IMG/VR virus record: IMGVR_UViG_3300032286_000926
Location: 1 to 64,000 of that record
DNA from: a virus
Reading direction: 5' to 3' (one strand)
Length of the DNA: 64,000 nucleotides
Shown in pieces: positions 45,006-56,375 of the stretch (the first letter of the stretch is position 1; the number at the start of each line of letters is the position of its first letter). Below the pieces are notes generated by a model. The model was not told the DNA's origin and ran no database searches. It saw nothing but the letters and a program-made list of their open reading frames with translations. The position numbers were made by a program, and so were the translations under genes.

Positions 45006-48000
45006 ATGTTAGAAAATTACAATTTAAATCCATATTATGACGATTATAACGATGATAAAAATTTTCATCGTCTATTATTTAAACCTTCTTATGCAGTTCA
45101 GGCAAGAGAATTAACTCAAATACAAACTATTCTTCAAAAACAAGTTGAAAGATTTGGTTCACATGTATTTAAAAACGGTTCTGTTGTTACTGGTGGACAA
45201 TTTTTCTTTCAAGATAGTATTTCATTAAAAATTGATAATGATTATTCTAACACAACTGTTAGTGTATCTAATTTTGATAACAAAACTCTTTTATCAGCAA
45301 ACACACTTTTAGCAGAAGATAAAACAAAACGTGCAGAAGTTATTAAGGTATATGATACTAATTTTGGTACTGTTCCAAATGAGCCAAAAACAATTATTGT
45401 AAAACAACTTTATGGTGATGCTTTTATTCCTGGTGAAATTATTAAAACTAATGATGCTAGTCCATACTACGCAACTATTTCAGCCAATGGCGTTACAACA
45501 TCTAAAACTTTTTCTGTAAATGAAGGCATCTTCTATTTTGAAGGTTTCTTTATCAAAACATTACCACAAACTATTGCTATTAACAAATATACTAATGCAA
45601 ATGTTTATTGTCGTATTGGTTTTGATGTGGTTGAAAGTGTAGTTAAAGCTTCTTCAGACACATCATTATTAGACCCAGCATTGGGTTCTTCTAACTATCA
45701 AGCTCCTGGTGCCGACCGAGTTAAATTAGATTTAGTTTTGTCAATTAGAAGTTTGGAATCTGCTGATGATGAAAAATTCATTGAATTGGTTCGAATTGAA
45801 CAATCAGAAATCACAAAAGAAAACAAATACCCAATTTATTCTGTACTTGAAGATACTCTTGCTCGTAGAACTTATGATGAATCTGGCAATTATGTTGTAA
45901 AACCGTTTAAAATTTCACTTGAAGATAATGCAGCTAATACTGCACAGACCGATGTTATTTTATCTCCAGGTAAAGCATATGTTTATGGTTATGAATTTGA
46001 GACAAGTTCACCAACAGTCATAACGGTTGATAAACCAAGAGAAACATTATTAATTCAAAATAGAAGAATTACTGGTGGATATGGTAATTTTTTATATACA
46101 ATTAACCATTATAAATCTTTTCCAATTAATTCATTGGGAACTGTTGATATACATTGTGTTGCAAATGCTTCAATTAATACAACATCTACCGCAACCATTT
46201 CAAATACAAAAATTGGTTCGGCTAAAGTAAAAACCGTTGAATATGAATCGGCTTCAAACTCATCAAATTCACAAACTTATGTTTATAGAACATTCTTATT
46301 TGATGTTGCAATAAATCAACAAATTACAGGTAATGTTGTAAGTGCTACGGGCACAAGTATTACTATTGGTAATTATTCGAATGTTGAAAATGCATATCAA
46401 GGTGCTAGGTTGCGAATTTCTCAAGGTAAAGGTTCTGGTGAGCCAGCAAAAACAATTACTGCTTCCAATGGTTCAACAAAAATATTAACAATCAATCAAC
46501 CATTTTTAATTACACCGGATGCCAATTCTGTATTTGCAATCGACTTTGATATAAAGGAAGCCAAATCTTTGGCCACGCATAGTGGAACTAGTTGTTTAAA
46601 TGCAGCTAATATTGATGATAGGTCTAAAGATTTTTCGCAACCTTACCATGATGTTTATATTTCTGATTCCAAATTAGAACCTATGTTGTTTCCATTGGGT
46701 GAAGCATATATTGCCAATAATACTATTGCTGATATGTCTTTTACATATAAACGATTATATACATCACAACAATTTGCCTCCTCTTCTTCACCGGCATTAG
46801 GACTTGGTACCAATGAAACATTATCTACTTCTGGTAGTTTAGACAACTATACTATTACTGTAATTGACCATAAAACATCTCCATATGCAAATGGCCAAAT
46901 TATTCCAATTGATAATTTTGAATTAGATATTCAAAATGCTCAAATCAAGGTTGATAATGGTAATAATATGATTGCTGATATTGTAGCAACAATTAATGAT
47001 TCTGGTGCAACAAGAAAAAATAAAACATATGTTGCCGCCAATACAACAATTCAAACTTCTGGTGGTGTTGATGTTTTTTCAAATACTGCGGTAATTACTT
47101 TTGGTGACCAAGGTCAAACACATATTGCTAGTACATATGTTAATAAAATTCCTAGTACCGCACAATCTTTATTTGTTTCCGATATTAATAACATTATTTC
47201 TATTTTAGATTTTAAAGGCAATTCAATTACTCAAGCAAATACAACAAACGCTTCAGAAGTAATTACAAAATATGATTTGGATAATGGCCAACGAGATTCA
47301 TACTATGACCATGGTTCTATTCGTCTCAAAGCTGGAGTAGTACCACCTGTTGGTCCTTTGGTTGTTTTTTATAACCGATTTAAATCAACTGGTCCTGGAT
47401 TTTTTACCGTAGATTCTTATTCTGGTATTCCATATTCAAATATTCCAGTATATACTTCACCAACAAATAATAATAATTACCAACTTCGTGATGTATTGGA
47501 TTTTAGACCTGTTCGTTTAGATGCAACTTCTGTAATTCGTTCAAATGTTGTATTTGATGTTAGTTCTTCAACAACAGGACCAAAAATTATTAAAAATAAT
47601 TCGGATGCAATTCTTGATTATTCATTTTATTTACCTCGTATTGATAAAGTTGTTTTGGATAAAACCAAAAAATTTGAAGTAATTAAAGGAAATGCAGAAA
47701 TTGATCCTGTGGTTCCAAATGATACCGATACTACAATGACTTTGTATATTTTGCGTAATGGTGCTTATGTTGCCAATACAGCTCAAATTCAAGTGGAATA
47801 TAAAAACAATAGACGTTATACAATGCGTGATATTGGTACATTAGAAAAACGTATTGAAAATTTAGAATATTTTACTTCATTATCATTACTTGAACAAGAT
47901 ACTGTTACTAAACAAGATTTAACAATTAAAGATGCTAATGGTTTACAAAGATTTAAAAACGGTATTCTTGTTGATGGATTTACAGGCTCTGGTGTTGCTG

Positions 48001-50954
48001 ATGTAACTAATGAGGACTATACTGCTTCTATTGATCCACGCAGAAAAGAATTGCGACCATCATTTAATATTAATTCATATTCATTAACATTTGATCCTGT
48101 AAATTCAACAAATTATTTACAAAGTGGTCCTTTTGTAACATCTAGTGCGGCTGCCGTATCTTTAATCGACCAATCTAAAGCATCAAGATATATTAATGTT
48201 AATCCGTTTAACGTAATTAATTATCTTGGTAAAGTTACTTTGGATCCAGCTTCTGATATTTGGACAGATACCACAACTAAACCTGATGTTTTGGTTAATA
48301 TAACAGGTGATTTGGATGCATGGCAATATTTGACACAAAATGCTGGTGGCACAGAATGGGGTAACTGGGAAACACGATGGACTGGTACTTCAATTAATAC
48401 TCCAGCTTATCAAGGTTGGTTAGGTGCGACAGGACATGTTGATTATGTTTACGCTCCAGAAACAAAAACCACAACAGAAAATCAAACAAGAACTGGTGTT
48501 GTAAACGCCGTAGTTCCTGAGACTATTACACAATCAATTGGTAATAGAGTTGTTGACGTGTCTGTTATTCCTTATATGCGTGAAAAAGGCGTGTTGTTTA
48601 CTGGTACTGATTTTAAACCTGGTGTTTCATTATATCCATTTTTTGATAATGTTTCAGTAATTAATAATGTTGCTCGTGCAAACAAATTTACTTTTGCTAC
48701 AAATGATTTAAATTATAGAACCGCAACTGGTAATCCAGAAGTTGTTACTATTAAAAACACCACAACTAATAGTTCTAATGGTACCGCTTTAATTATCAAA
48801 ACAGCTAATAATGTTGGTTATGTAATTAATATGAATCCAACAACAACATATAATTTTGCAAATATGAGTGTTGTGGGTAATGATACATTGGAAACTCATG
48901 TTGTATCATCATATGAACATTATTCTGGCGTAGCAGCAAATGTTACATCAAATACTATTATTTTATCTCTTGATGCTACAGGTGCAACAAATGCTTCGGA
49001 ATATAATAATTCTCAAATTCATATTATTTCTGGCCAAGGTGCAGGCCAAAGTGCAACTATACAATCTTACAATCCTACAACTAGAACAATAACAATTGAT
49101 GGAACATGGGCAACAACACCATCCAATACTTCTGTATATTCAATTGGAACATTAAAAACTTCCGATACTGGTGCTGTGGCTGGAGTATTTGTAATTCCTG
49201 CCGCAACTTTCCGTGTTGGTGAAAAACTATTCCGTTTAGTTGATAATAATTCTGGCGATATTGGTTCATCATCAACAAACGGTGATGCTTCATTCTATGC
49301 ACAAGGTGTTTTACAAACAACAGAAGGTACAGTTCTTTCTGCTACTGTACCAACTATTCAAAGAACATCGGTTACCGATTCTAGGGTTGTTACATCAACA
49401 GTTGTTACTCGTCAAGTTGTTGTTGGTTATTGGGATCCGTTGGCACAAACTTTCTTGGTTAGTCCGGCTCAATATCCACAAGGTGTGTTTATATCTAAAG
49501 TTCGTTTATGCTTTAAAGGTAAAGATGATAAGATTCCTGTTACACTACAACTTCGACCTACTGTAAACGGATACCCATCCAGTTCAGTTGTTTATCCACA
49601 TGGTACAGTTTCATTGACACCAGATAAAGTTAAAGTTACTGAATCTCCTAGTTTAGATGATCCAACAAAGTACACAGACTTTACCTTCGATGCTCCAATT
49701 TACATGCAACCGGGTGAACATTCATTTGTTGTTTTGGCTAACAGTAATAAATATGAAACATATATTGCTGAAATAGGTAAAACCGATATGGTTTCCAACC
49801 GATTAATCTCAGAACAAGCTTATGGTGGTTCATTGTTCTTATCTCAAAATGGTTCAACTTGGACAGCAGACCAAAACTCTGATATGATGTTTAGATTGTT
49901 TAGATATACTTTCTCCACATCACCAACTGTAGCGTCATTCTTGATTGATTATCCAAAAACTAGTGCAACACCTTATGACTTAACACACCTTATAACAGGT
50001 GATGTTGTAATGGCTAATACATCATTAAACTACCAATTTGATTCCGAAACAATATCTGCTGGTGGGTATGTTGGTTATCAACCAATTGCACCGTTAACCG
50101 ACTATGACATGAATGATGGTTATGGTACTCGTATTTTAAACCCAAATACAGGCGCTTCAACTTTCCAGTTAACTGCCGATTTAAACAATTTATCATCTGA
50201 AATATCACCGTTTATTGACACTTCAAGAATGGGATTTTTGGCCGTTAATAACAGAATTAACAATCTTCAATTATCAAACAATCTTATTGTTATGACAAAT
50301 GTTGGTAGTGGTTATGTTAATCCCAATGATATTACTGTTGTAATTAGTGGCGGTAACGGTTCTGAGGCTCAAGCAAAAGCCAATGTTGCAAATGGCACCA
50401 TTGATAAAATTTACTTTGAAAATTCTACTGAAAAATATGGTAAAAATTACACAGCAACTCCAACCATCACAATTACAGGTGGTGGTGGCACAGGCGCTAG
50501 TGCAATTGTTATTGGTGAAACAAGTAAAAAAGGTGGACCTGCAGCTGCAAGATACGTTTCTCGTAGAGTAACATTGAATGATGGATTTGATTCTGGTGAT
50601 ATTCGTGTTTATTTAACCGCATATCGACCAAAAGAATCCAACATTTATGTTTATGTTAAATTGTTGTCAGCATCTGATCCTGATACTTTTGAAGATAGAG
50701 AATGGCAATTATTAACACAAATTGGAAATCCAAACTTTGTTTCAACCAATGCAAATGATTATCGTGAAATTATTTTTGCTCCAGGTGAAAATGGTGTAGC
50801 AGATAATGCCATATCATATACTTCAAATGGCAGTTCTTATGATAAATTTAGAACTTTTGCTATTAAAATTGTTATGGCTGGAACAAATTCAGCTGATGTA
50901 CCAAAAATTCGTGATATGCGAGCAATTGCTATACCATCAGTATCTCTTTTATAG
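45006..50954 (+). CDS. Large virion structural protein (DUF4815/VrlC-like)
   Basis: N.NPYYDD, LFKP..AVQARELTQ.Q, APGADR, LARRTYDESG.Y, RYTMRDIG.LE.RI..LE, DPLAQTF. Confidence 0.9.
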   Translation: MLENYNLNPYYDDYNDDKNFHRLLFKPSYAVQARELTQIQTILQKQVERFGSHVFKNGSVVTGGQFFFQDSISLKIDNDYSNTTVSVSNFDNKTLLSANTLLAEDKTKRAEVIKVYDTNFGTVPNEPKTIIVKQLYGDAFIPGEIIKTNDASPYYATISANGVTTSKTFSVNEGIFYFEGFFIKTLPQTIAINKYTNANVYCRIGFDVVESVVKASSDTSLLDPALGSSNYQAPGADRVKLDLVLSIRSLESADDEKFIELVRIEQSEITKENKYPIYSVLEDTLARRTYDESGNYVVKPFKISLEDNAANTAQTDVILSPGKAYVYGYEFETSSPTVITVDKPRETLLIQNRRITGGYGNFLYTINHYKSFPINSLGTVDIHCVANASINTTSTATISNTKIGSAKVKTVEYESASNSSNSQTYVYRTFLFDVAINQQITGNVVSATGTSITIGNYSNVENAYQGARLRISQGKGSGEPAKTITASNGSTKILTINQPFLITPDANSVFAIDFDIKEAKSLATHSGTSCLNAANIDDRSKDFSQPYHDVYISDSKLEPMLFPLGEAYIANNTIADMSFTYKRLYTSQQFASSSSPALGLGTNETLSTSGSLDNYTITVIDHKTSPYANGQIIPIDNFELDIQNAQIKVDNGNNMIADIVATINDSGATRKNKTYVAANTTIQTSGGVDVFSNTAVITFGDQGQTHIASTYVNKIPSTAQSLFVSDINNIISILDFKGNSITQANTTNASEVITKYDLDNGQRDSYYDHGSIRLKAGVVPPVGPLVVFYNRFKSTGPGFFTVDSYSGIPYSNIPVYTSPTNNNNYQLRDVLDFRPVRLDATSVIRSNVVFDVSSSTTGPKIIKNNSDAILDYSFYLPRIDKVVLDKTKKFEVIKGNAEIDPVVPNDTDTTMTLYILRNGAYVANTAQIQVEYKNNRRYTMRDIGTLEKRIENLEYFTSLSLLEQDTVTKQDLTIKDANGLQRFKNGILVDGFTGSGVADVTNEDYTASIDPRRKELRPSFNINSYSLTFDPVNSTNYLQSGPFVTSSAAAVSLIDQSKASRYINVNPFNVINYLGKVTLDPASDIWTDTTTKPDVLVNITGDLDAWQYLTQNAGGTEWGNWETRWTGTSINTPAYQGWLGATGHVDYVYAPETKTTTENQTRTGVVNAVVPETITQSIGNRVVDVSVIPYMREKGVLFTGTDFKPGVSLYPFFDNVSVINNVARANKFTFATNDLNYRTATGNPEVVTIKNTTTNSSNGTALIIKTANNVGYVINMNPTTTYNFANMSVVGNDTLETHVVSSYEHYSGVAANVTSNTIILSLDATGATNASEYNNSQIHIISGQGAGQSATIQSYNPTTRTITIDGTWATTPSNTSVYSIGTLKTSDTGAVAGVFVIPAATFRVGEKLFRLVDNNSGDIGSSSTNGDASFYAQGVLQTTEGTVLSATVPTIQRTSVTDSRVVTSTVVTRQVVVGYWDPLAQTFLVSPAQYPQGVFISKVRLCFKGKDDKIPVTLQLRPTVNGYPSSSVVYPHGTVSLTPDKVKVTESPSLDDPTKYTDFTFDAPIYMQPGEHSFVVLANSNKYETYIAEIGKTDMVSNRLISEQAYGGSLFLSQNGSTWTADQNSDMMFRLFRYTFSTSPTVASFLIDYPKTSATPYDLTHLITGDVVMANTSLNYQFDSETISAGGYVGYQPIAPLTDYDMNDGYGTRILNPNTGASTFQLTADLNNLSSEISPFIDTSRMGFLAVNNRINNLQLSNNLIVMTNVGSGYVNPNDITVVISGGNGSEAQAKANVANGTIDKIYFENSTEKYGKNYTATPTITITGGGGTGASAIVIGETSKKGGPAAARYVSRRVTLNDGFDSGDIRVYLTAYRPKESNIYVYVKLLSASDPDTFEDREWQLLTQIGNPNFVSTNANDYREIIFAPGENGVADNAISYTSNGSSYDKFRTFAIKIVMAGTNSADVPKIRDMRAIAIPSVSLL

Positions 50955-50963
50955 GATTAAATA

Positions 50964-51200
50964 ATGTCATTAGTTCGAATTAAAGAAAATCCTGGTTTAG
51001 TCCGTGATACTCATTCTAAAGCTCTTCTAAATACTGATAAGAGAGCCTTGGATGAGTATTTAATAAAAGTTGAAATGGCAAAAAAACAAAACGCAGAGAA
51101 AGAAGAATCTAAAATGCGTTTACAAAATTTGGAAAAAGAAATGTCGGAAATTAAATCTTTATTAATGGAAATTGTACAATTAAGGAAATCACATGATTAA
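50964..51200 (+). CDS. Small coiled-coil virion-region protein
   Basis: LVRD..S.A.LNTD...EIKSLL motif, usually found after DUF4815 genes. Confidence 0.75.
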   Translation: MSLVRIKENPGLVRDTHSKALLNTDKRALDEYLIKVEMAKKQNAEKEESKMRLQNLEKEMSEIKSLLMEIVQLRKSHD

Positions 51201-52089
51201 CCGAATAACTACCGCAAATACTTTTTCGGATTGGTTAATCTCAACTCAAGGTTTGATTGAACACGCCAATTACTTTTCTAATACCGCAAATTTAGTTTAT
51301 TTAACTGCAAACAATACAGTTAATGTAGCATCAAATACAGTCAATGTTTACTCAAATACTGTAAGTGTATATTCTAATACAGTAAACGTTTATAATACTA
51401 CTGTAACTGCAAACACAAATGCTTTTGCGGCTAGAGATGCGGCCATTACTGCTAACACTAATGCAAATTCAGCAAATGCAAGTGCTTGGATTGCGGTATC
51501 TTCTGCTAGTTCAAGTTCATCATCTGGTTCTGTATATGCTGGTTATGCAGCTGCCAATGCTATACTTGCTAATACATCAAGTACCAATGCTAATACGGCC
51601 AATACTAATGCATGGACTGCTCGTGGTGCTGCTATTACTGCTAATACTAATGCATGGACTGCTCGTGCTGATGCTATTACAGCAAATACAAATGCGGCTT
51701 CTTACGCAAATTTAGCTGACGGTTTTGCAACTAATGCCGGAGTATCTTTGGCAAATGCTCAAACAGCCAATACTAATGCTAATTTGGCCAAAGTGGATGC
51801 ACAGACTGCTAATACTAATGCTCAAACTGCTAATACAAATGCTAATCTAGCTAAAGTGGATGCACAGACGGCCAACACTAACGCACAAACAGCTAATACC
51901 AATGCATGGAATGCCGTAGTCAATAATTTGATAATGGTTTCTACCGCACCAACAACCAATAAAGGTCAAGCTGGTGACAAAAAAGGATGGATTTATTTGG
52001 GCAATACCGAATTGTATTACTGTACTTCCAACTATATTAGTGGAACTGCTAATATTTGGAGTAAAATTGTTTCATCTAATACTTGGTAA
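51193..52089 (+). CDS. Fibre/stalk protein with Asn/Ala/Thr-rich heptad repeats
   Basis: ANTF..W N-terminus, (AxTANTN)n, C-terminal G.KG.I......YYC. Confidence 0.7.
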   Translation: MINRITTANTFSDWLISTQGLIEHANYFSNTANLVYLTANNTVNVASNTVNVYSNTVSVYSNTVNVYNTTVTANTNAFAARDAAITANTNANSANASAWIAVSSASSSSSSGSVYAGYAAANAILANTSSTNANTANTNAWTARGAAITANTNAWTARADAITANTNAASYANLADGFATNAGVSLANAQTANTNANLAKVDAQTANTNAQTANTNANLAKVDAQTANTNAQTANTNAWNAVVNNLIMVSTAPTTNKGQAGDKKGWIYLGNTELYYCTSNYISGTANIWSKIVSSNTW

Positions 52090-52100
52090 TAGGATAATCA

Positions 52101-54089
52101 ATGTCTCTTATTAGTCAAGTTGAAGGCGATTTAACAGAATATTTTGTTACTGATTCCGCAATCATAGACCAATACGCAAAAACTGGTACTTTGTGGTCAT
52201 TTGGTTATAACACCAATCGCCAATTAGGTGACAATACAACCCTAAGCAGGTCATCTCCGGTTCAAACTGTTGTGGGGGGTACTAATTGGAAATTTATTGC
52301 AAATGGTGGCCAATTTCATACGATGGCTCTCAAAACCGATGGTAGATTATGGGGTTGGGGTGATAATACTTATGGCCAAAACGGTTCTGGATCTATACTA
52401 AAACAAACCCCATCTGAAGTTGTTGGTTACACATCAAATTGGAAAACTGTTTCTTGCGGTAATTATTTTTCACAAGGTATAAAAACTGATGGAACACTAT
52501 GGATATGGGGTAGAACTGCATTTGATTCTACTGATACTTTAACTTATACAACAACACCAACTCAATTGTTTTCCGGAACAAATTGGAAAGAAATTGCTTG
52601 TGGTGCATATAACGCTGGTGCCATTAAAACCGATGGAACATTATGGACTTGGGGTGACAATCTTTATGGACAATTAGGTAGAAATTCGGCAACCACTATT
52701 GATTTATCACCAGCTCAAGTCGGAAGTGGCACCAATTGGAAACAAATTTCTTTTGGTACAAGTTTTGCAATTGGTATAAAAACTGATGGAACAATGTGGG
52801 CGTGGGGACTTAATTCGTTATTCCAATTGGGTTTGGGTACTAACACAACTATATCGACACCTGTTCAAATTGGAACCGGCACAACTTGGAAACAAGTATC
52901 CTGCGGGATCGTTCATTCTGGTGCCATTAAAACCGATGGTACTTTGTGGATGTTTGGAAATGGAAGTAATGGTGCTTTAGGTGCATACTTGGGAACAACA
53001 CCAACACAAACTTATCTTGGCGGCACAAACTGGAAACAAGTGGCTTGTAAATCTTATACTACAGCTGCAATTAAAACTGATGGTACATTATGGACCTGGG
53101 GATTTAATAATGTAGGTCAGTTAGGTACGGGCAAAACATTTGATGAATATACTCCCGTTCAAACTATTGCAGGTGGTAATAATTGGAAACAAGTGTCTTG
53201 TGGAACATATTTTACAAATGCAATTCATTTTTATGATTCTGATAATTTATATCCATCACAAAATCCGCCATATAAAGTATTATATACTTTTTCAACTAAT
53301 ACTGAAAATGCTTCTTTAAATATTTCAACAATTTCGGGTTATGTTGCAGGTAAAACTGAAGTTACGGTTTATGTAAATTCTGGAGTATATTTGTGGTCAT
53401 CCAGCACTTCTATTGCAGGTTTAACTTTTACTGGTGCTACAACCGGCGATACTGTTGTTTTGATTAATAGAGGTTACATTATGGGTATGGGTGGTAATGG
53501 AGGAAATCTTGTTAGTGAAGGAAATTTTGCAGGTAATAACGGTGGTCCAGCAATATCTCTATGTTGCAATACCAAAATAGATAATTCTGGTGCTAGTGCA
53601 TATATTGGAGGCGGTGGTGGTGGCGGCGGTTCAAGCACATCTGCAACTGGTGGTGGTGGAGCTGGCGGTGGCAATGGAGGTGGTCTTTCTGGAGGTGGAA
53701 CTGGAGGTAGTATAGGATCATCGGGAACTGATGGATCACCTAGTCGTGGTGGCGGTGGCGGAAGAATATTTCCTGGTGTTGGTGGTGCCGGAGGTACTAC
53801 GACAGCAGGAGACACTAATGGTAAAGGTGGCGGCGCAGGTGGTGGTGGCGGCGCCTATGGCAGCATCGCTGGCGGCACCGGCGGTTCTGGTAATTCATTC
53901 GGCACCAGTGGTGTGTCTCCAGGACCATATGTTGGTGGAGGCGGAGGAGGTTGGGGTGCCGTTTCTGGTTGGTCTGTTGGTACTAGTGGATCGAATCCCG
54001 GTCTTGGTGGTAAAGCCGTTGCACTTAACGGATATACAGTCATTTGGCATTACGGAAATACAGATAGAGTATATGGTAGTGTAACATGA
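52101..54089 (+). CDS. RCC1-repeat propeller fused to a gp38-like glycine-rich adhesin domain
   Basis: ~7 W.WG.N..GQLG...PVQ...NWKQVS.G...AIKTDGTL repeats; C-terminal N.GYIMG.GG.GG...GGPAI...IGGGGGGG...GGKAV...W...VYGSV. Confidence 0.85.
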   Translation: MSLISQVEGDLTEYFVTDSAIIDQYAKTGTLWSFGYNTNRQLGDNTTLSRSSPVQTVVGGTNWKFIANGGQFHTMALKTDGRLWGWGDNTYGQNGSGSILKQTPSEVVGYTSNWKTVSCGNYFSQGIKTDGTLWIWGRTAFDSTDTLTYTTTPTQLFSGTNWKEIACGAYNAGAIKTDGTLWTWGDNLYGQLGRNSATTIDLSPAQVGSGTNWKQISFGTSFAIGIKTDGTMWAWGLNSLFQLGLGTNTTISTPVQIGTGTTWKQVSCGIVHSGAIKTDGTLWMFGNGSNGALGAYLGTTPTQTYLGGTNWKQVACKSYTTAAIKTDGTLWTWGFNNVGQLGTGKTFDEYTPVQTIAGGNNWKQVSCGTYFTNAIHFYDSDNLYPSQNPPYKVLYTFSTNTENASLNISTISGYVAGKTEVTVYVNSGVYLWSSSTSIAGLTFTGATTGDTVVLINRGYIMGMGGNGGNLVSEGNFAGNNGGPAISLCCNTKIDNSGASAYIGGGGGGGGSSTSATGGGGAGGGNGGGLSGGGTGGSIGSSGTDGSPSRGGGGGRIFPGVGGAGGTTTAGDTNGKGGGAGGGGGAYGSIAGGTGGSGNSFGTSGVSPGPYVGGGGGGWGAVSGWSVGTSGSNPGLGGKAVALNGYTVIWHYGNTDRVYGSVT

Positions 54090-54511
54090 TATACAAAATA
54101 AATAATTACAATTCTTTACCAAGTTATTACATGGTAGACCAAAATTCTTTGGAGTTAGCCAATACCATTAATCCAAATTTAAATTATGTTGTTGGTACAT
54201 TTTCTGATGCTCAAAAAGCATTAGAGATACAACAACAAAATTGTTTAATGTATCAATCTGGAGCTTTTTCTATTTGTTCTAATATTGAAATTGATGATGG
54301 CGTAATGTGGAAAACTATGCGGAAAGAGGATCCAGAAAATGGTATATACCAAGTGTTTGATTGTTTTACAGGACAATATACACAATGTTCATCAAAAACA
54401 GAAGCCATTAATTTAAATGAACAAAAGAAACAACAATTTTTAATATCATGTGGTTTAGATAAAGTTTATGAATTGAATGAAATACCACAACCAAATCAAG
54501 GAAATTTATAA
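54086..54511 (+). CDS. Hypothetical protein
   Basis: ATGA overlap with the preceding gene. Confidence 0.65.
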   Translation: MIYKINNYNSLPSYYMVDQNSLELANTINPNLNYVVGTFSDAQKALEIQQQNCLMYQSGAFSICSNIEIDDGVMWKTMRKEDPENGIYQVFDCFTGQYTQCSSKTEAINLNEQKKQQFLISCGLDKVYELNEIPQPNQGNL

Positions 54512-55159
54512 ATGTTTGTAATCGTACATAACAATAATGTAATTTTGGGTCCAATGAAGTGGAGTAAAATTCGCTTTGAAAATGAAATTAAGGATGAATT
54601 GGATATTGATGTTATTCTTAATACACGGAATGACGAAGAATTGCCGGTAATTATTAATGATGAATTGAAAATATTGTCAACTCAAGGCACACCAGATCCA
54701 GCGCATAATCCTAAAATAGAATTTTTACATGGTCCCTTTTGGCAATTTACTGATAGGGATGCCATTTCATCATATCAAGTGGTACAGAAACCAGTTGAAG
54801 CTGTTCGCAATGAATTAAAAAATGTAATTGCTCAAGAACGCTGGATAAAACAAAATGCAACACTAGATATTGATATTGATGGTACAACATATCAATTTGA
54901 TACTAGTGAAAAAACTAGAACTGCATTACAACAATCTCTTGTTTTGAATACATCATTAAATTGGAAACTAAACAACGGTGAATGGGTTAATTTAACTGTT
55001 GAAAATATTACAACAATTCTCTCCACGATTGCCACACATATTCAAAGTTGCTTTGATTGGGAATTTGCTAAAAATACCGAATTGTATGTTTGTTCTACTC
55101 TTGAAGAAATGGATGCTCTTGAAATTGTTACGCCTGTTGAGGTTCCAGGACTAATCTAA
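54512..55159 (+). CDS. Tail-fibre assembly-like protein (DUF4376-like)
   Basis: A.ERW..Q...I.IDG...DT....R, NWKL.NG.WV.L, HIQ.CF.WE. Confidence 0.7.
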   Translation: MFVIVHNNNVILGPMKWSKIRFENEIKDELDIDVILNTRNDEELPVIINDELKILSTQGTPDPAHNPKIEFLHGPFWQFTDRDAISSYQVVQKPVEAVRNELKNVIAQERWIKQNATLDIDIDGTTYQFDTSEKTRTALQQSLVLNTSLNWKLNNGEWVNLTVENITTILSTIATHIQSCFDWEFAKNTELYVCSTLEEMDALEIVTPVEVPGLI

Positions 55160-56367
55160 TGGGTATCACAACCAATTTTAAACTGAATGGTACTGATATA
55201 GGAAATATATTGGTAGAAAAGTCCTATATGTTGGATCGATATCCGGAACTTGCTGATAATTTGAAACAATCTGTATTGTGGAGTGCCGGAAATAATTACT
55301 ATGGCTCTTTGGGAAACAATGATGCTTCTGTAACTAGGGTTACTTCACCAACGTCAATATATGGTGGCGGAACAAATTGGAAATATCTTGCCAAAGGTAC
55401 AGATGAAGCTAGTGGCACCTATGGTCACATGGCTGCAATTAAAACCGATGGTACACTATGGTTATGGGGTTACAATATTAATGGCCAACTTGGTGATGGT
55501 ACAACTGTTGATAAATCTTCTCCAGTTCAAATATCAGGTGGTGGCACCAACTGGGTAGGAGTAACACTTACTGATTCCTCAACTTTTGCTATAAAAACCG
55601 ATGGTACATTATGGTCATGGGGCAACACCAATAATGGTCAATTGGGCATTGGAGCTGCAGGTGGAGTTAGGTCTGCACCTACTCAAATTGGCAGTTCAAC
55701 AAATTGGAAACAAGTGTCTGGTGGATATGAATCTGGTTCTGCAATTAAAACCGATGGAACTTTATGGGGATGGGGTCTTAATACCTATGGAACTTTGGGT
55801 GATGGAAATATTAATACGATAGTTTCCACACCTGTACAAACAATATTAACTGGTAACAATTGGAAACAAGTGTCATGTGGTTTCTACTACACAATGGCAA
55901 TTAAAACCGATGGAACACTATGGGGTTGGGGTGCTGGTGGCACCGGACAATTAGGTAATGAAATTTTAGCTAATACGTCAACACCCGTTCAAATAGGTAC
56001 AGCAACAACTTGGAAAATAATAGAATGTGGTCGCAACCATTCGGCCGGAATTAAAACGGATGGAACATTATGGTTGTGGGGTTCGAATACTAACGGAAAA
56101 ATTGGTAATAACAGTAGTCTCACAGTATCCACTCCAGTACAAATATATGGTGCTGGAACAAATTGGAAACAAGTTTCGTGCGGTAAAGAATCTACTGTTG
56201 CTATGAAAACTGATGGTACATTATGGGCCTGGGGTGTAATACAGCATTTTTATCCAACAGCTACTTATGCCATTCTAACTCCTGTTCAAATTTCAGCAGA
56301 CACGAATTGGAAAACTATATCCGGTATTGGTACTCGATATTATGCTATATTGGGAGATTTAACATAA
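55159..56367 (+). CDS. RCC1-repeat beta-propeller protein
   Basis: Repeated AIKTDGTLW.WG.N..GQLG blades. Confidence 0.9.
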   Translation: MGITTNFKLNGTDIGNILVEKSYMLDRYPELADNLKQSVLWSAGNNYYGSLGNNDASVTRVTSPTSIYGGGTNWKYLAKGTDEASGTYGHMAAIKTDGTLWLWGYNINGQLGDGTTVDKSSPVQISGGGTNWVGVTLTDSSTFAIKTDGTLWSWGNTNNGQLGIGAAGGVRSAPTQIGSSTNWKQVSGGYESGSAIKTDGTLWGWGLNTYGTLGDGNINTIVSTPVQTILTGNNWKQVSCGFYYTMAIKTDGTLWGWGAGGTGQLGNEILANTSTPVQIGTATTWKIIECGRNHSAGIKTDGTLWLWGSNTNGKIGNNSSLTVSTPVQIYGAGTNWKQVSCGKESTVAMKTDGTLWAWGVIQHFYPTATYAILTPVQISADTNWKTISGIGTRYYAILGDLT

Positions 56368-56375
56368 AATAAAAC

